Notes: a model not told the origin generated them from the letters alone. Shown: positions 1 through 10,202, counted from the stretch's first letter. The stretch: 64,000 bases of DNA from Silvanigrellaceae bacterium (GCA_049423385.1 JBMSQQ010000001.1:1-64000); one strand, 5' to 3'. Translations and numbers: made by a program.

Positions 1-1073
1 CGGTTCAATGCAGTTTGTGCAAGCGATCGTGTAGGTTCGCCGACAGTAATGACATTCACCGGATGACCTGCCACAAGTGAATCCATTGCCCAAGCCAAAT
101 GTGCAAGGTCGATACGATTCATTGTGCCACACAGACACATGTAGCGATTCAAACTGACGACAGTCTTGTCAGGGTTTTCCTTTGCAATGCGGTTCACCAG
201 ATTCATCTCTGTCCCGACTGCCCATTTGCTGCCCGCAGGACTGTCGGCGATCGTCTTGACGATGAATTCGGTTGAACCCACCGCGTCCGAGAGATCGACG
301 ACCTCCATGGGACATTCCGGATGTGAAATGATCTTGAATTCAGGGCTCTGCGTTTTCAGCTGCTCGATTTGCCGAACCGTGAACATGGCATGGACAGGGC
401 AATGCCCTTCCCACAAAAAGATGCGCGCATCACGAATACGATCCTTGCTGTTGCCACCCAACAATTTTCCGGGCTTCCAAAGAAGCATGCTTTCCGGAGC
501 ATGGCCCATCTTCTTGCAGGTGTTTCGTCCGAGATGCTGGTCGGGAAAAAAGAACAGCGCCTTACGCTCGGTCAATGCCCACGAAACTATTTTCTCGGCA
601 TTGGAACTGGTGCAGACGACTCCGCCCTTCTTTCCCACAAATGCTTTCAAGGCCGCAGTCGAATTGATGTACGTCACCGGCATGATGCTGTCGTGGCCCA
701 AAGTCTGGACAAGCTCGTCCCATGCGAACTCAACATCATCGGCATCGGCCATGTCGGCCATGTCGCAGCCAGCGCCCATGTCCGGCAAGACCACCACCTG
801 ATTTCCACGCTTCAAAATATCTGCACTTTCGGCCATGAAATGGACGCCGCAGTAGACGATATACTTGGCCCGTTCCTGGGCCGCAGCGTATTGAGCCAGT
901 TTCAATGAGTCGCCACGCATGTCGCCAATTTCAACAATTTCCGGCCGCTGATAATGATGGGTCAGCACGACGACATCTGAACCCAGGCGTTGCTTGACCG
1001 AAAGAATGCGCTGTTTCAGTTCATCGTCCGACAGCGTCGGGTAGGGCGCCGGCAGTGGTTGTTGGTAAATCAT
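1..1073 (-). CDS. nadA: Quinolinate synthase A (3' end runs off the window; absent from the ORF track)
   Basis: Manual translation from ATG at 1073: MIYQQPLP...THHYQRPEI...GDSLKLA...CGVHFMAESADIL...AGCDMADM...TYINST...CTSSNA...PDQHLG...GHCPVH...HPEC...GTE...CLCGTMN. GGGGAG RBS upstream. Confidence 0.95.
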   Translation of the reverse strand, partial: MIYQQPLPAPYPTLSDDELKQRILSVKQRLGSDVVVLTHHYQRPEIVEIGDMRGDSLKLAQYAAAQERAKYIVYCGVHFMAESADILKRGNQVVVLPDMGAGCDMADMADADDVEFAWDELVQTLGHDSIMPVTYINSTAALKAFVGKKGGVVCTSSNAEKIVSWALTERKALFFFPDQHLGRNTCKKMGHAPESMLLWKPGKLLGGNSKDRIRDARIFLWEGHCPVHAMFTVRQIEQLKTQSPEFKIISHPECPMEVVDLSDAVGSTEFIVKTIADSPAGSKWAVGTEMNLVNRIAKENPDKTVVSLNRYMCLCGTMNRIDLAHLAWAMDSLVAGHPVNVITVGEPTRSLAQTALN

Positions 1074-1240
1074 ATCGAAGGGACTCCCCAGCATTCACGA
1101 ACCTTCGTCCTAAACCCGACAGAGGCAGAAATTCAACCCGAATTTTGTTCCGTTTTGACAAGCCCCCCGTTTGACTTTGTTGGGTAAACCCTATTTCCTT
1201 GTGCCGAAGGACCGTCTGACCCCCCAAGGAGACACAAAAC

Positions 1241-2116
1241 ATGACCATGGAACTCACCCAAACAACCCAGATCAAGCGCGTCGGAGTCATTGGAGCCGGG
1301 CAAATGGGCAATGGTATCGCTCAGGTACTGGCCCAATCAGGATTCAGTGTTGCGCTCATGGACGTTTCAGAGGCGTCCTTGAAAAAGGCGATGGGCAGTA
1401 TCGAAAAAAGCCTCGCCAAACTTTTTGAAAAGGGAAAATTACCCGAACACCCGCCGATGATTCTTGGCCGCATCAAGTGCACAACCCAATTGAAGGACTT
1501 CGCCGATTGTGACTTTGCAATTGAGGCTGTCAGCGAACAGGAAGAGCTCAAGAAATCGATTTTCAAACAACTCGACGAAATCCTGCCGGCGCATGCGATT
1601 TTGGCAACAAACACCAGCAGCTTGCCAATCACTCGACTTGCCAGCGTGACCAAGCGTCCCGAAAAGTTCATAGGCATGCACTTCATGAATCCTGTGCCTG
1701 TGATGCAACTTGTCGAAATTATTCGAGGCCATGCCACCTCTGAAAACACCTACCAATTGACGAAATCCCTGTCCGAATCGGCAGGGAAAACAACGGTCTG
1801 TTCGCAGGATTATCCGGGCTTCATCGTCAACCGAATTCTGATGCCAATGATTAACGAAGCTTTTTTCACTCTGATGGAAGGCATTGCTTCTGCGGAAGAC
1901 ATCGACGCCGGAATGAAGCTTGGCACCAATCAACCGATGGGTCCTCTGACACTGGCGGATTTCATTGGCCTCGACACCTGCCTTGCGATCATGAAAGTCC
2001 TTCACGATGGGCTTGGTGACAGCAAATATCGCCCATGCCCTCTGCTGAAAAAGTACGTGGATGCTGGATATCTTGGTCGGAAATCAGGCCGGGGTGTTTA
2101 CAACTACAACGCCTGA
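1241..2116 (+). CDS. hbd: 3-hydroxybutyryl-CoA dehydrogenase
   Basis: [11 protein letters not shown]ossmann motif, [50 protein letters not shown]. Confidence 0.93.
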   Translation: MTMELTQTTQIKRVGVIGAGQMGNGIAQVLAQSGFSVALMDVSEASLKKAMGSIEKSLAKLFEKGKLPEHPPMILGRIKCTTQLKDFADCDFAIEAVSEQEELKKSIFKQLDEILPAHAILATNTSSLPITRLASVTKRPEKFIGMHFMNPVPVMQLVEIIRGHATSENTYQLTKSLSESAGKTTVCSQDYPGFIVNRILMPMINEAFFTLMEGIASAEDIDAGMKLGTNQPMGPLTLADFIGLDTCLAIMKVLHDGLGDSKYRPCPLLKKYVDAGYLGRKSGRGVYNYNA

Positions 2117-2131
2117 CCGTCGCACAGAAAC

Positions 2132-2749
2132 TCAAATGCGCGGTGTTTGCACAACAACGGCAAACCCGCGCACAAGACCATCAGTTGCAGAATCCGTCGA
2201 TCGGTAGGCATGCTTCTGGTCGCCATCGAATCTCAACAAGTCGCCTTTCCCGATTTTGAAAATTTCTCCGGAAACCTCGACGTCACACAGCCCTTCGACG
2301 AGAAAAAAATACTCTTCCGTACCTGGTGCATGCGGCTCTGAAACAATCTGCTGACCACGGTTGAGTGACACTTCCTCTATAACAAGGTGACGTGCCTGTG
2401 CCGGCGTCAGCCGAAGTGTTTCAATTGAATGTGTGGAATTGGAACCCGGATTTTCATCATCACCGTGCGGGTACGACAATTTGCAGTGCCTGTCGCTCTT
2501 GAACAAAGTCGCCCGCGGCTGGCGCTGCATCAGCAATTCGCTGATGGACACCCCGAAACCGCGCGAAATTCCCATGAGCACCAACAGCGTAGGGTTGCCT
2601 TCGCCCCGCTCCAGACTCGCAATGGTGCTGCGTGGCACGCCTGACCTGTCGGACAGCTGTTCCTGGCTGAGGCCAATTTCTCTGCGCAGAGTTTTCATAT
2701 TGGCGGCGAGGCAGGCGCCTGCTCCGGCATCTCCGATTGTGACGGGCAT
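2132..2749 (-). CDS. XRE-family HTH regulator with C-terminal cupin
   Basis: LSQEQLSDRSGVPRSTIASLERGEGNPTL HTH; EPHAPGTEEY...GDLLRFDGDQKHAY cupin. Confidence 0.9.
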   Translation of the reverse strand: MPVTIGDAGAGACLAANMKTLRREIGLSQEQLSDRSGVPRSTIASLERGEGNPTLLVLMGISRGFGVSISELLMQRQPRATLFKSDRHCKLSYPHGDDENPGSNSTHSIETLRLTPAQARHLVIEEVSLNRGQQIVSEPHAPGTEEYFFLVEGLCDVEVSGEIFKIGKGDLLRFDGDQKHAYRSTDSATDGLVRGFAVVVQTPRI

Positions 2750-3026
2750 TTGAACTCCGAAATTTTGAAAGATGTCTAATCTTATCTTGCAGATAAAAGA
2801 ACATCAGCCGGGCGATGTCCATTCAATATCGGAAAACAACCTCATTATTGAATGGTTATGCTCAGCAGGAAGAGCAAATGACCGTTCCGTGTTGAGATCG
2901 CGAAAAATGTGAACTGCTGTGAAGCGAATGCACAGGCGTGTCGATATTTTATACAGACTGTCAAAACCGTCTGATGAATTGCAGCAAAAAGTCGATAAAT
3001 TTCAAAACAAAACCTGGCGTTCGGAT

Positions 3027-3041
3027 TGGCACGAAACTTGA
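3027..3041 (+). promoter_or_regulatory. Sigma54-like -24/-12 promoter
   Basis: TGGCACG-AAAC-TTGA (GG-N10-GA, one mismatch at -12), about 80 bp upstream of the lipoprotein ATG. Confidence 0.5.
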
Positions 3042-3119
3042 TGAGGGGGGGCAGTCCCCTGTGCCTAGAGGTCTGCGGGGCCATCAGTTTCGTGAACGTC
3101 TCTTTTGGAGGACACTTCC

Positions 3120-3890
3120 ATGCGTCAACTTATTCTGCCCCTTGGTACTCTTTTGACTGTCGTCAGCGTTGTTGCTTGCAGTTCCGAAGACAGCTCGTCC
3201 GGTGAACAACCCCCAGCACCCGCGGCATCGCAAATTAAAACGGATACCCCTCAACAGCAAAACCAGGACGCCAGCAAGACGAACCCAACCACCCCGGTTC
3301 AGCAGGTTCCAATTCAACAAGCGCCCGCAGGATACTTTGAGGCAACCAGTGGCGCACAACGCTACCTCATTCCGAGCAACAGCCTGATTGCGATTCAGTT
3401 CCCTGTCGAAATCACTTCCGACCCAGAGAAGAGCATCAACCTTCCCGGTTCCGGCGACCTCGCACTTTCGGAAGACAAGCTTCCTCAGGTGACCGTTGCT
3501 GTGAAGGACATTCAAGGCGCACCTGTCTTTGCTGCCGGTTCACGCCTGATCGGTACGCTCAAGATGAGCGCACCAAAAGCCATCTTCAACGTGACAGGAG
3601 TCAAGTACGGTTCGACTGTCTACAACATGGCAGCGAACGCCGAAGTGACGTCGTTGCGCATCGACCGCAACAACCTGAGCTTCACCAACATCCTTTTGGG
3701 AGCATTGGGTGGTGCAGGTATCGCAATCTTGATTGACGGTATGGGACAAGATCGCTCGATCACCTGGTGGGCGCCTTTGATTGGTGCAGCAGGTGGTGGT
3801 TTGGCTGCTGGATTCTTGTTCAAGGACAAGGAAGCCATCGTCCAGGTCAAGGCCAACGAAACTGCCGTTCTGGTTCCGGGCCCTCGCTGA
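3120..3890 (+). CDS. Lipoprotein with a TrbI/VirB10-like beta domain and Gly-rich hairpin
   Basis: GGAGG RBS; lipobox VVAC; P/Q-rich linker; IPSNS...AAGSRLIG...LGALGGAG...IGAAGGG. Confidence 0.7.
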   Translation: MRQLILPLGTLLTVVSVVACSSEDSSSGEQPPAPAASQIKTDTPQQQNQDASKTNPTTPVQQVPIQQAPAGYFEATSGAQRYLIPSNSLIAIQFPVEITSDPEKSINLPGSGDLALSEDKLPQVTVAVKDIQGAPVFAAGSRLIGTLKMSAPKAIFNVTGVKYGSTVYNMAANAEVTSLRIDRNNLSFTNILLGALGGAGIAILIDGMGQDRSITWWAPLIGAAGGGLAAGFLFKDKEAIVQVKANETAVLVPGPR

Positions 3891-3909
3891 TTGCTTTTCG
3901 CAGACCTCT

Positions 3910-3947
3910 AAAAGGCCTGGTTGTCGCAAGACAGCCAGGCCTTTTTT
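3910..3947 (+). terminator. Intrinsic terminator, likely bidirectional
   Basis: AAAAGGCCTGGTTGTC-GCAA-GACAGCCAGGCCTTTTTT between convergent genes. Confidence 0.85.
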
Positions 3948-3983
3948 GTTGAACGGGGAGCGATGCTGGAAAGTGTTTTTAAC

Positions 3984-5615
3984 TCAAACTGGCTTGGAAG
4001 GAATAAAGGTCATCGCCCGTTCGGTCATCGCAGTGATCGTCAGGCTGGGATTCACACCCAAATTTGCAGGTACGGCAGAACCATCACAAACCCAAACACC
4101 TTTGTATCCAAATAAGCGATGCTGCGAATCAATGACTCCATCTTCGATCGTCTCGCCAATCGGACATCCACCCAAAATATGGGCCGTGGTCGGAATATTC
4201 ACGGTGACCTGCGTGACAGCGCACTGGGCCTGTCCGCCCACTTTTTTTGAGAACCATTCCGTGAATTGATTTGCCGATGGAATTTCGGAAGGAACCTTGT
4301 CGCTTCCCTCTTCACGCTCGGAAACCAAACCACTTGTGAACAGCGTGAAAGGACTGCGACCAAAGCGAACGCGAATGCGATTGTCGAGATCCTGCATCAC
4401 GAGGAAAATGACACTCTGCTCCGCCCAACGCGCATTGAATGTGAAGCGAAGAAATTCAATAGGCTGGGAGACAATTCTCCAAATGAATTTGATCGACCTG
4501 CGCAGCTCGCTGGGGTCGCTTACCAACGGAGCAGCGAGCAGGCGCATGAAATTTGAACCCACAGGATAACGCACAGGCTCAACCGCCGTGTTGCTGTCGA
4601 CCTTGAAGATCGATGAAATTGCAATGCCATGGGAATAGGGAAGGGTTCGTGTCGAATTCAATTCTGTACTACCGGTAAAAACCTCACTGTTGGTTCGGAC
4701 GTGATGCCCCAATTGGGGAGAAAGCCGCGTGAGGGTTTTGAATTTGTCGCGATTCTCCAGCAAGAGTCTCAAGGTGCCAAGAACTCCTCCTGCCAGCACA
4801 ACATTTCGCGCGCGCAGAACCGAACGCTTCGGAAAAAGCAATTTATCGACTTGTTGCAGGCTCAATTCCCAACCTGCATCTCCATCATTGTCGAGTGGAC
4901 GCAGCTTGGTGATTTTTGTCAAAGGCCGTACTTCGGCACCGCGTTTTTCAGCGAGCCAAAGATAATTCTTGTCCAGGGTGTTCTTGGCATCGAATCTGCA
5001 ACCCACCATACAACCACCACAGAAATTGCACCCCGTGCGCTCTGGGCCATCTCCATTGAAATATGGATCGGGCACCTTGCGCCCGGGTTCTCCAAAAAAC
5101 ACCGCAACCTCGGTGGGAGAAAAACTGGATTGAAGGCCGTTGATCTTTGCATACTCCTCGATGTGGTGATCGATGAAGGTCAGCTTGGGATTTTGTGCAG
5201 CACCCAACATTTTCTTTGCCAACACGTAAAAAGGCGCGAGCACATCACGCGCGTTCCCGAGCGGCTTCCACGACGGACTTTCAAAGGATTTGTCTGAGGG
5301 CATCATCAACGTGTTTGCATACACGAGACTGCCTCCTCCCACACCTGACCCACTGAGTATCAAAACATCCCTGAAAAATGTGAGTCTCTGAATTCCAAAG
5401 CACTTTATGAATGGTGCCCAAAGATAACGTTGCAGATCCCAATTCGACTTTGCATAGTCCTGCGGGCGAAAACGCTTGCCTTGTTCAATGACACAAACAC
5501 GATATCCCTTCTCGGAAAGCCGCAATGCCGAGACACTTCCGCCGAATCCCGATCCGACGATCACAAAATCAAAATCAAAAGCGTCTTCTTTGCTCTGGGT
5601 TGATACAAAGTTCAC
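3984..5615 (-). CDS. GMC oxidoreductase, cholesterol oxidase (ChoD)-like
   Basis: IVGSGFGGSVSALRL, GVGGGSLVYAN, CNFCGGCMVGC...AKNTLDKNYL, TAHILGGC, DGSAVPANLGVNPSLTI. Confidence 0.88.
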   Translation of the reverse strand: MNFVSTQSKEDAFDFDFVIVGSGFGGSVSALRLSEKGYRVCVIEQGKRFRPQDYAKSNWDLQRYLWAPFIKCFGIQRLTFFRDVLILSGSGVGGGSLVYANTLMMPSDKSFESPSWKPLGNARDVLAPFYVLAKKMLGAAQNPKLTFIDHHIEEYAKINGLQSSFSPTEVAVFFGEPGRKVPDPYFNGDGPERTGCNFCGGCMVGCRFDAKNTLDKNYLWLAEKRGAEVRPLTKITKLRPLDNDGDAGWELSLQQVDKLLFPKRSVLRARNVVLAGGVLGTLRLLLENRDKFKTLTRLSPQLGHHVRTNSEVFTGSTELNSTRTLPYSHGIAISSIFKVDSNTAVEPVRYPVGSNFMRLLAAPLVSDPSELRRSIKFIWRIVSQPIEFLRFTFNARWAEQSVIFLVMQDLDNRIRVRFGRSPFTLFTSGLVSEREEGSDKVPSEIPSANQFTEWFSKKVGGQAQCAVTQVTVNIPTTAHILGGCPIGETIEDGVIDSQHRLFGYKGVWVCDGSAVPANLGVNPSLTITAMTERAMTFIPSKPV

Positions 5616-5651
5616 ATATTCCTCGCTATGCGCAATTTCAGGAGAACCTCG

Positions 5652-6491
5652 TCAGGGTGGCGTGCCTGTTGCAGCACCACCATCGGCCGGCTTTGGTGGC
5701 TTAGCCTTTTTCGGCGCCGGTTTGCCACCGGATTTTTTCGTGGGAGTCGGCCTGGATTCAGCCTCGCCCCTTTGACTTGCAGGTACAGGAATATAGTAGG
5801 CCACTCCGCCACCAAAGGTGACAGCCTTGAATTTATTGGTTCCATCGGCAACCTTTACGGGTACGTCCTCGTTTGAAACAGTATTGAAAATTGTCAATGG
5901 GCCGCCGGCAATTGCATATGAACCCATCGAGTAATCACCCATTCCAAACACGCTGAGCGACTTGAGAATAAAAAACTCAGCAAGCCCACCGAACCGCATG
6001 CGCGACAAACTCGACATCTTGAGATCGAGAGAATTGCTTGGCTGGGCAGCCGTCAACAGAAACTTGGGTCCGATCCCCAAGTCATACGAAAAATAGCCGG
6101 AAGCGCGCAATTTCTTCATTGCAAAATCAACCGAAATACCCACTGGAACATAACTCATGCTGATCGTGTCATTCACTGTGCCCTTGGTTTCTGCGCTGTT
6201 TGTCATGCGGAACCCCAGGACCGCAGAAAGAGAAAGTGATCCTTTTTCTACAACTGCTGCGCTGACGTCAGCTCCAAAAAAAATCAAATTTCTTTGTACA
6301 ATTTTTTCATCGCCCGAGAGGATTTTGCTCGGGTCCGCCGGATCCAGAAGCTTCGTGGACGGAATACTGATGATTTCCAAGCCACCCAATGGTCGGATTC
6401 CAAGCGAAAACGCCACTGCTGTCGACGTCTTTCCAAATGCCAGAAAAACGAGGACCAAAGGTACAATCCGAATCATGCGCACCAGGACCAT
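5652..6491 (-). CDS. Secreted protein, probable small outer-membrane beta-barrel with P/K-rich C-tail
   Basis: Signal peptide; alternating amphipathic strands ending GGGVAYY; basic Pro-rich tail. Confidence 0.55.
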   Translation of the reverse strand: MVLVRMIRIVPLVLVFLAFGKTSTAVAFSLGIRPLGGLEIISIPSTKLLDPADPSKILSGDEKIVQRNLIFFGADVSAAVVEKGSLSLSAVLGFRMTNSAETKGTVNDTISMSYVPVGISVDFAMKKLRASGYFSYDLGIGPKFLLTAAQPSNSLDLKMSSLSRMRFGGLAEFFILKSLSVFGMGDYSMGSYAIAGGPLTIFNTVSNEDVPVKVADGTNKFKAVTFGGGVAYYIPVPASQRGEAESRPTPTKKSGGKPAPKKAKPPKPADGGAATGTPP

Positions 6492-6522
6492 AACACCCCT
6501 CTGAAGAATCTCTTCAAAAGGG

Positions 6523-6549
6523 CTATCGGATTAAAATTCTGCAACTTTT
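6523..6549 (-). promoter_or_regulatory. Sigma28-like promoter
   Basis: AAAA-N15-TCCGATAG on the minus strand, about 30 bp before the 6491 start. Confidence 0.4.
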
Positions 6550-6574
6550 GGTGAATTTTTGTGTCAGCGATTTG

Positions 6575-7300
6575 TCACGGATTGGCCGACTCACCCGCAT
6601 GGGCGGACAAGTATACAATATCACTTCCTTTAAGTTCACAACCAAGAGTTTTGCCGGCGGGTGGGGTGACTGAAACAACGTTCACGGCAATGTTTTGATT
6701 AACACCCCAATTCTTGAATTGGGTCAACGGAGCAAGATCTCCTGAAAATTCGATTTTTGAGCCCAATGGAACAAAACAATTCTTCGCCACATTCGTGTCT
6801 GCCACGGCGACAAACGAATCCTGATTGAAAACCAGGCTTCGATTGGTGGAAGTTGGCGGAGTCGCGCCTCCACCGGCAGGCTGTTGTCCACCGGCAGGCT
6901 GTTGTCCACCGGTAGGCTGTTGTCCACCGGAAGGCTGTGGTCCACCGGAAGGCTGTGGTTCACCGGAAGGCTGCGGTCCGCTCGCAGGTTGGGGACCATC
7001 CGGAGGAAGAGAACCCCCCGCTGAAGAATCTGGAGGAGTGGACACAGGAGTCGAATCCGGCAGACCGGCACCCGCTGGCCCGGAGATATTTGACCCACGC
7101 TCCAAGCAGGCGCCCGAAACAGAAGCTTTGTTGTCTGCGCCACAGAGCTTGGCTGAATCCACTGCTGAGCGTCTATCTGCAGTTTCACCTGAACAACTAA
7201 CCAGTGCTGCAAATGCGGAGCCAGAAATCAATGCGCAAAGACGCACAGCTGCAAATCCATTTCTGCCAAAACCGAATTTCACTTTTGCTTGCGTGGTCAT
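6575..7300 (-). CDS. Lipoprotein with GG(Q/P)QP repeat linker and a two-Cys C-terminal domain
   Basis: GAGG RBS before MTTQAK; lipobox LVSC; low-complexity linker. Confidence 0.7.
   Translation of the reverse strand: MTTQAKVKFGFGRNGFAAVRLCALISGSAFAALVSCSGETADRRSAVDSAKLCGADNKASVSGACLERGSNISGPAGAGLPDSTPVSTPPDSSAGGSLPPDGPQPASGPQPSGEPQPSGGPQPSGGQQPTGGQQPAGGQQPAGGGATPPTSTNRSLVFNQDSFVAVADTNVAKNCFVPLGSKIEFSGDLAPLTQFKNWGVNQNIAVNVVSVTPPAGKTLGCELKGSDIVYLSAHAGESANP
6869..6976. repeat. 18-bp tandem repeat, about 6 copies (coding GGQQPA/GGPQPS)
   Basis: TCCACCGGCAGGCTGTTG unit and variants in tandem. Confidence 0.9.
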
Positions 7301-7308
7301 CTCGATCC

Positions 7309-7890
7309 TCACTTGCAGCCAGGAATGGATGCTGTTGCTGGCTCCAGAATGAAATGGGCCGAATACAGATAGCCAGGATTGATAAGACATCCGCTGATGT
7401 TGGAATTGGTCACGCGGTATTCAATCTCGCTGTACTTGCAAATTGATTCCGGCGAAAACGAAGTAGGCACGAGGCAATACTGGACAAGCTCCTGAAACGA
7501 ACTCTTGTCTTTTGAGATATTCAGATTCGGAGCAAACTTGATGAAGCTCTCGGTGGCCATCTTCGTATTGAGAACCAGCTTGACCGGCCCAGCCTGCGCA
7601 CCGCCTGGCGATGGCGTTGCAGTTGAAGACGAAGTCGACAAAACCGGTTTGCAAAGTTCATTTCGCTCAATCTGGGCTCGAGTGCGTTTCTCTTGAAGAA
7701 TTGGACCATTCGAAGTTGCACAAACCACAGTGTAGGAATCAACGACCTGAGGGTCGGGCTGAATGTTGACGGCCATCAAAAAACCCTCGGGCTTTTGATC
7801 CGGTGCCAAGCCCGAGACGCGTGACTCATTTGAATCCACACATCCAACCACAAGAATTCCGGTCAGCAGAAATAACCGCGGGAAAGCCAT
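7309..7890 (-). CDS. Lipoprotein sharing its C-terminal domain pattern with the downstream gene
   Basis: GGAGG RBS before MAFPRL; lipobox VVGC; ends GCLINPGYLYSAHF. Confidence 0.7.
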   Translation of the reverse strand: MAFPRLFLLTGILVVGCVDSNESRVSGLAPDQKPEGFLMAVNIQPDPQVVDSYTVVCATSNGPILQEKRTRAQIERNELCKPVLSTSSSTATPSPGGAQAGPVKLVLNTKMATESFIKFAPNLNISKDKSSFQELVQYCLVPTSFSPESICKYSEIEYRVTNSNISGCLINPGYLYSAHFILEPATASIPGCK

Positions 7891-7929
7891 CTTGGGGCCT
7901 CCAAAATTTTTGCCAGCGCATTTCTTGGC

Positions 7930-7957
7930 GTTTCGGATTTTGATGGGTAAATCTTGA
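7930..7957 (-). promoter_or_regulatory. Sigma28-like promoter
   Basis: TCAA-N16-TCCGAAAC on the minus strand, 40 bp before the start. Confidence 0.4.
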
Positions 7958-8011
7958 ATAAAAAATAAGAAATTCAATCAAGACGCAAAGTTGATCACTC
8001 CGGAGCAGCGC

Positions 8012-8332
8012 TCAAGCTGATTTCTGCTGGTCCATCAGAATGTCGTGTCGAAGCATTTTCTCAAACAATCTCCGTTTGATCGACTCCCGAACAGATTCAT
8101 CGCTGGATTCTGCCAGTCGCTCCGAAAGTTGGGCAATTTCTTTCTTCAACTGCAGCACAGGAGGGATAAATCCAGCATTTTTGAGAATCCTTTGCGCCAA
8201 ACGCAGATGCAAAGGAACGAATTGGCCGTCGTCCAGATCGAGTGGCTGGCCCCGAAGGCTCAAGTTGTCCAACTCTCCGTTGTCGATCGCCTCTCGAATC
8301 TTATTTTCTGCTATGATTTCCATCGCATTCAT
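8012..8332 (-). CDS. DUF1992-type (DnaJ C28 conserved domain) protein
   Basis: IAENKIREAIDNGELDNL..GQPLDLDD...RILKNAGFIPP. Confidence 0.8.
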   Translation of the reverse strand: MNAMEIIAENKIREAIDNGELDNLSLRGQPLDLDDGQFVPLHLRLAQRILKNAGFIPPVLQLKKEIAQLSERLAESSDESVRESIKRRLFEKMLRHDILMDQQKSA

Positions 8333-8538
8333 GAAAACAACACTCCCATGAGGCACTTCTCTTCCCTGTACATGTTAAAACATCGGAAAAATGCGCTGAT
8401 TCCGTGAGTAAAGTCACAAGGCAACCAATCACGGAAACTTCAAATCGAACACAACCCCTCGATAGGGTGCATCTTTTTTAGCGGATCTGGGTTATCATCC
8501 CCGGGTTAAGCCGTTCACGTATCCGAGAGGTATGACCT

Positions 8539-9339
8539 GTGATCACACCTGCACATTCGACGGTGATGGAAGCACCCGCAATCAAATGCGCTTTTGTGCT
8601 GCATGGGTTGAACGCAAATCCAAAGCGAATGGAAGACTTGGCTGCACTGGCAAAACTCAATGGTTATGAGCCAACCATCGGAGTCCTTTCCGGTCATCAC
8701 AATTCCAATCAGGCAAAAAATGAAAAAAAAATCACGGCAGAAAATTGGAAATCCGAATTCCAGACGCAATGGAATTCCTCAACGACAAACTGCCGTGGTC
8801 AAAATGATCAACGACTTTTTATCGCATACTCTCTTGGAGCTTTGCTTGGTGTGACAGTCTTTGATGGACCCATGCAAATACAACTGCCCACAAAAATGAT
8901 CCTCATTGCACCCGCACTGACTTTCCAGGCAAAAACGATGCTTCTGCGAGCGCTAAGCTTCCTTCCCTTCGGTGGAATCCCAAGTGCAAATCACCCTGAA
9001 TACCGAGTCCACGGATGGACATCGTTCGCAGAGTACGATGCACTGTTCAAATTGAATAAAGAGTGGAAAAAGACAGCGTGGAGCAAAACCGCAAATGTAA
9101 AAACACTTCTTGCCCTTGAACCAAAAGATGAACTGGTCGACTCCGACGAGCTTGCCAAGCAAATCCAGGACGAAAAGATCCAACAATGGACGATTGAATG
9201 GATAACAAACCAGTCATCTACATTGAGGCCCAAATACCATCACCTCATCATCGACGAAAAAAGCCAAGGCACGGAGCAGTGGAAAGCCTTCTCGGATAAA
9301 ATCGGAAAATTTCTTTCACAGGAAGAAACACTCCGATGA
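8539..9339 (+). CDS. Alpha/beta hydrolase
   Basis: LHGLN oxyanion motif, AYSLG nucleophile elbow, KDELVD, YHH. Confidence 0.75.
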   Translation: MITPAHSTVMEAPAIKCAFVLHGLNANPKRMEDLAALAKLNGYEPTIGVLSGHHNSNQAKNEKKITAENWKSEFQTQWNSSTTNCRGQNDQRLFIAYSLGALLGVTVFDGPMQIQLPTKMILIAPALTFQAKTMLLRALSFLPFGGIPSANHPEYRVHGWTSFAEYDALFKLNKEWKKTAWSKTANVKTLLALEPKDELVDSDELAKQIQDEKIQQWTIEWITNQSSTLRPKYHHLIIDEKSQGTEQWKAFSDKIGKFLSQEETLR

Positions 9340-10202
9340 CAATGCAGACCAGATTGCAATGGCCAAAAAAGTTATTCCTTCAATTTAAAATCATCATGAT
9401 CATGTTGTCCTGCAGCGTTGACGCCGACTCGTATGCACAACGTGGAAAGCCGTCGCCTCGCAATGAGCTCAAGACAAAAACAGCCTCAGACGGCTTCTCG
9501 GGATTTTTCGATGCCAACATGACACCGAAAGGTCACTTGAATTTTGACTTTCCGACCTTCGCCGTGGACTACGGCTTGAGTCCGGATTTAACCATTGGGT
9601 CGAACGCGCTGAACGCGCTCTCGTTGTCTGGCCCGGCAAAGTTTCTCAGCGGAAAAATCCGCTATCGCCTTTTTTCAACCGAGGAAGACTCTGCGGCGCT
9701 GACCGTTTATGCCGGACACCTTGCCGGTTTGAGCTCTACAGAACAGGCTGCAAATTTCTTTATTGCATCTGTAAACACAACCTCAACATTTTCCGGTGGA
9801 CTCTGGGGATCATCACTTGTCACTGGCTCGATGCTGCTGAAAGATGGCAGCGATGGCACGCTTCAGAAAACATCCACGAAAAGGTACCTTACACTTTTTT
9901 CGCTCTGGGTAAGACCAAAATTGACAGAATCGATCGAAAGCGATCTGCTCATCACGACCTGCCCATTGAACAGACTGGTCAGCACAAACGGAGCAGCAAG
10001 GGTTGATCTCGACGACACCTGCGTTGGAGACAAAAAAACAGATCCGGTTTTACGGGCACTCGTGAGTTGGAGGTCAAGTGAAAATTGGCTCTGGTCGCTG
10101 GGTTTTTTGTGGTTCAAAACCATTGAGCTCAAATACGGATTTCCAGTTTTTGGCGTGAATTATTCGACTTCCACATCACTTTCGGATCCTGAAGAACAAT
10201 GA
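9336..10202 (+). CDS. Hypothetical secreted protein, probable beta-barrel
   Basis: ATGA overlap with the upstream gene; beta-strand pattern ending VFGVNY. Confidence 0.5.
   Translation: MTMQTRLQWPKKLFLQFKIIMIMLSCSVDADSYAQRGKPSPRNELKTKTASDGFSGFFDANMTPKGHLNFDFPTFAVDYGLSPDLTIGSNALNALSLSGPAKFLSGKIRYRLFSTEEDSAALTVYAGHLAGLSSTEQAANFFIASVNTTSTFSGGLWGSSLVTGSMLLKDGSDGTLQKTSTKRYLTLFSLWVRPKLTESIESDLLITTCPLNRLVSTNGAARVDLDDTCVGDKKTDPVLRALVSWRSSENWLWSLGFLWFKTIELKYGFPVFGVNYSTSTSLSDPEEQ

Noticed and set aside
166..908. Plus-strand ORFs of 211 and 179 aa
   Set aside because: Antisense shadows of nadA, which the ORF track omits because it runs off the edge
1074..1240. Possible NAD riboswitch upstream of nadA
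   Set aside because: No recognisable conserved motif or tandem aptamer; short divergent promoter region
6869..6976. Repeat array as a CRISPR
   Set aside because: 18-bp in-frame tandem units without spacers; no cas genes
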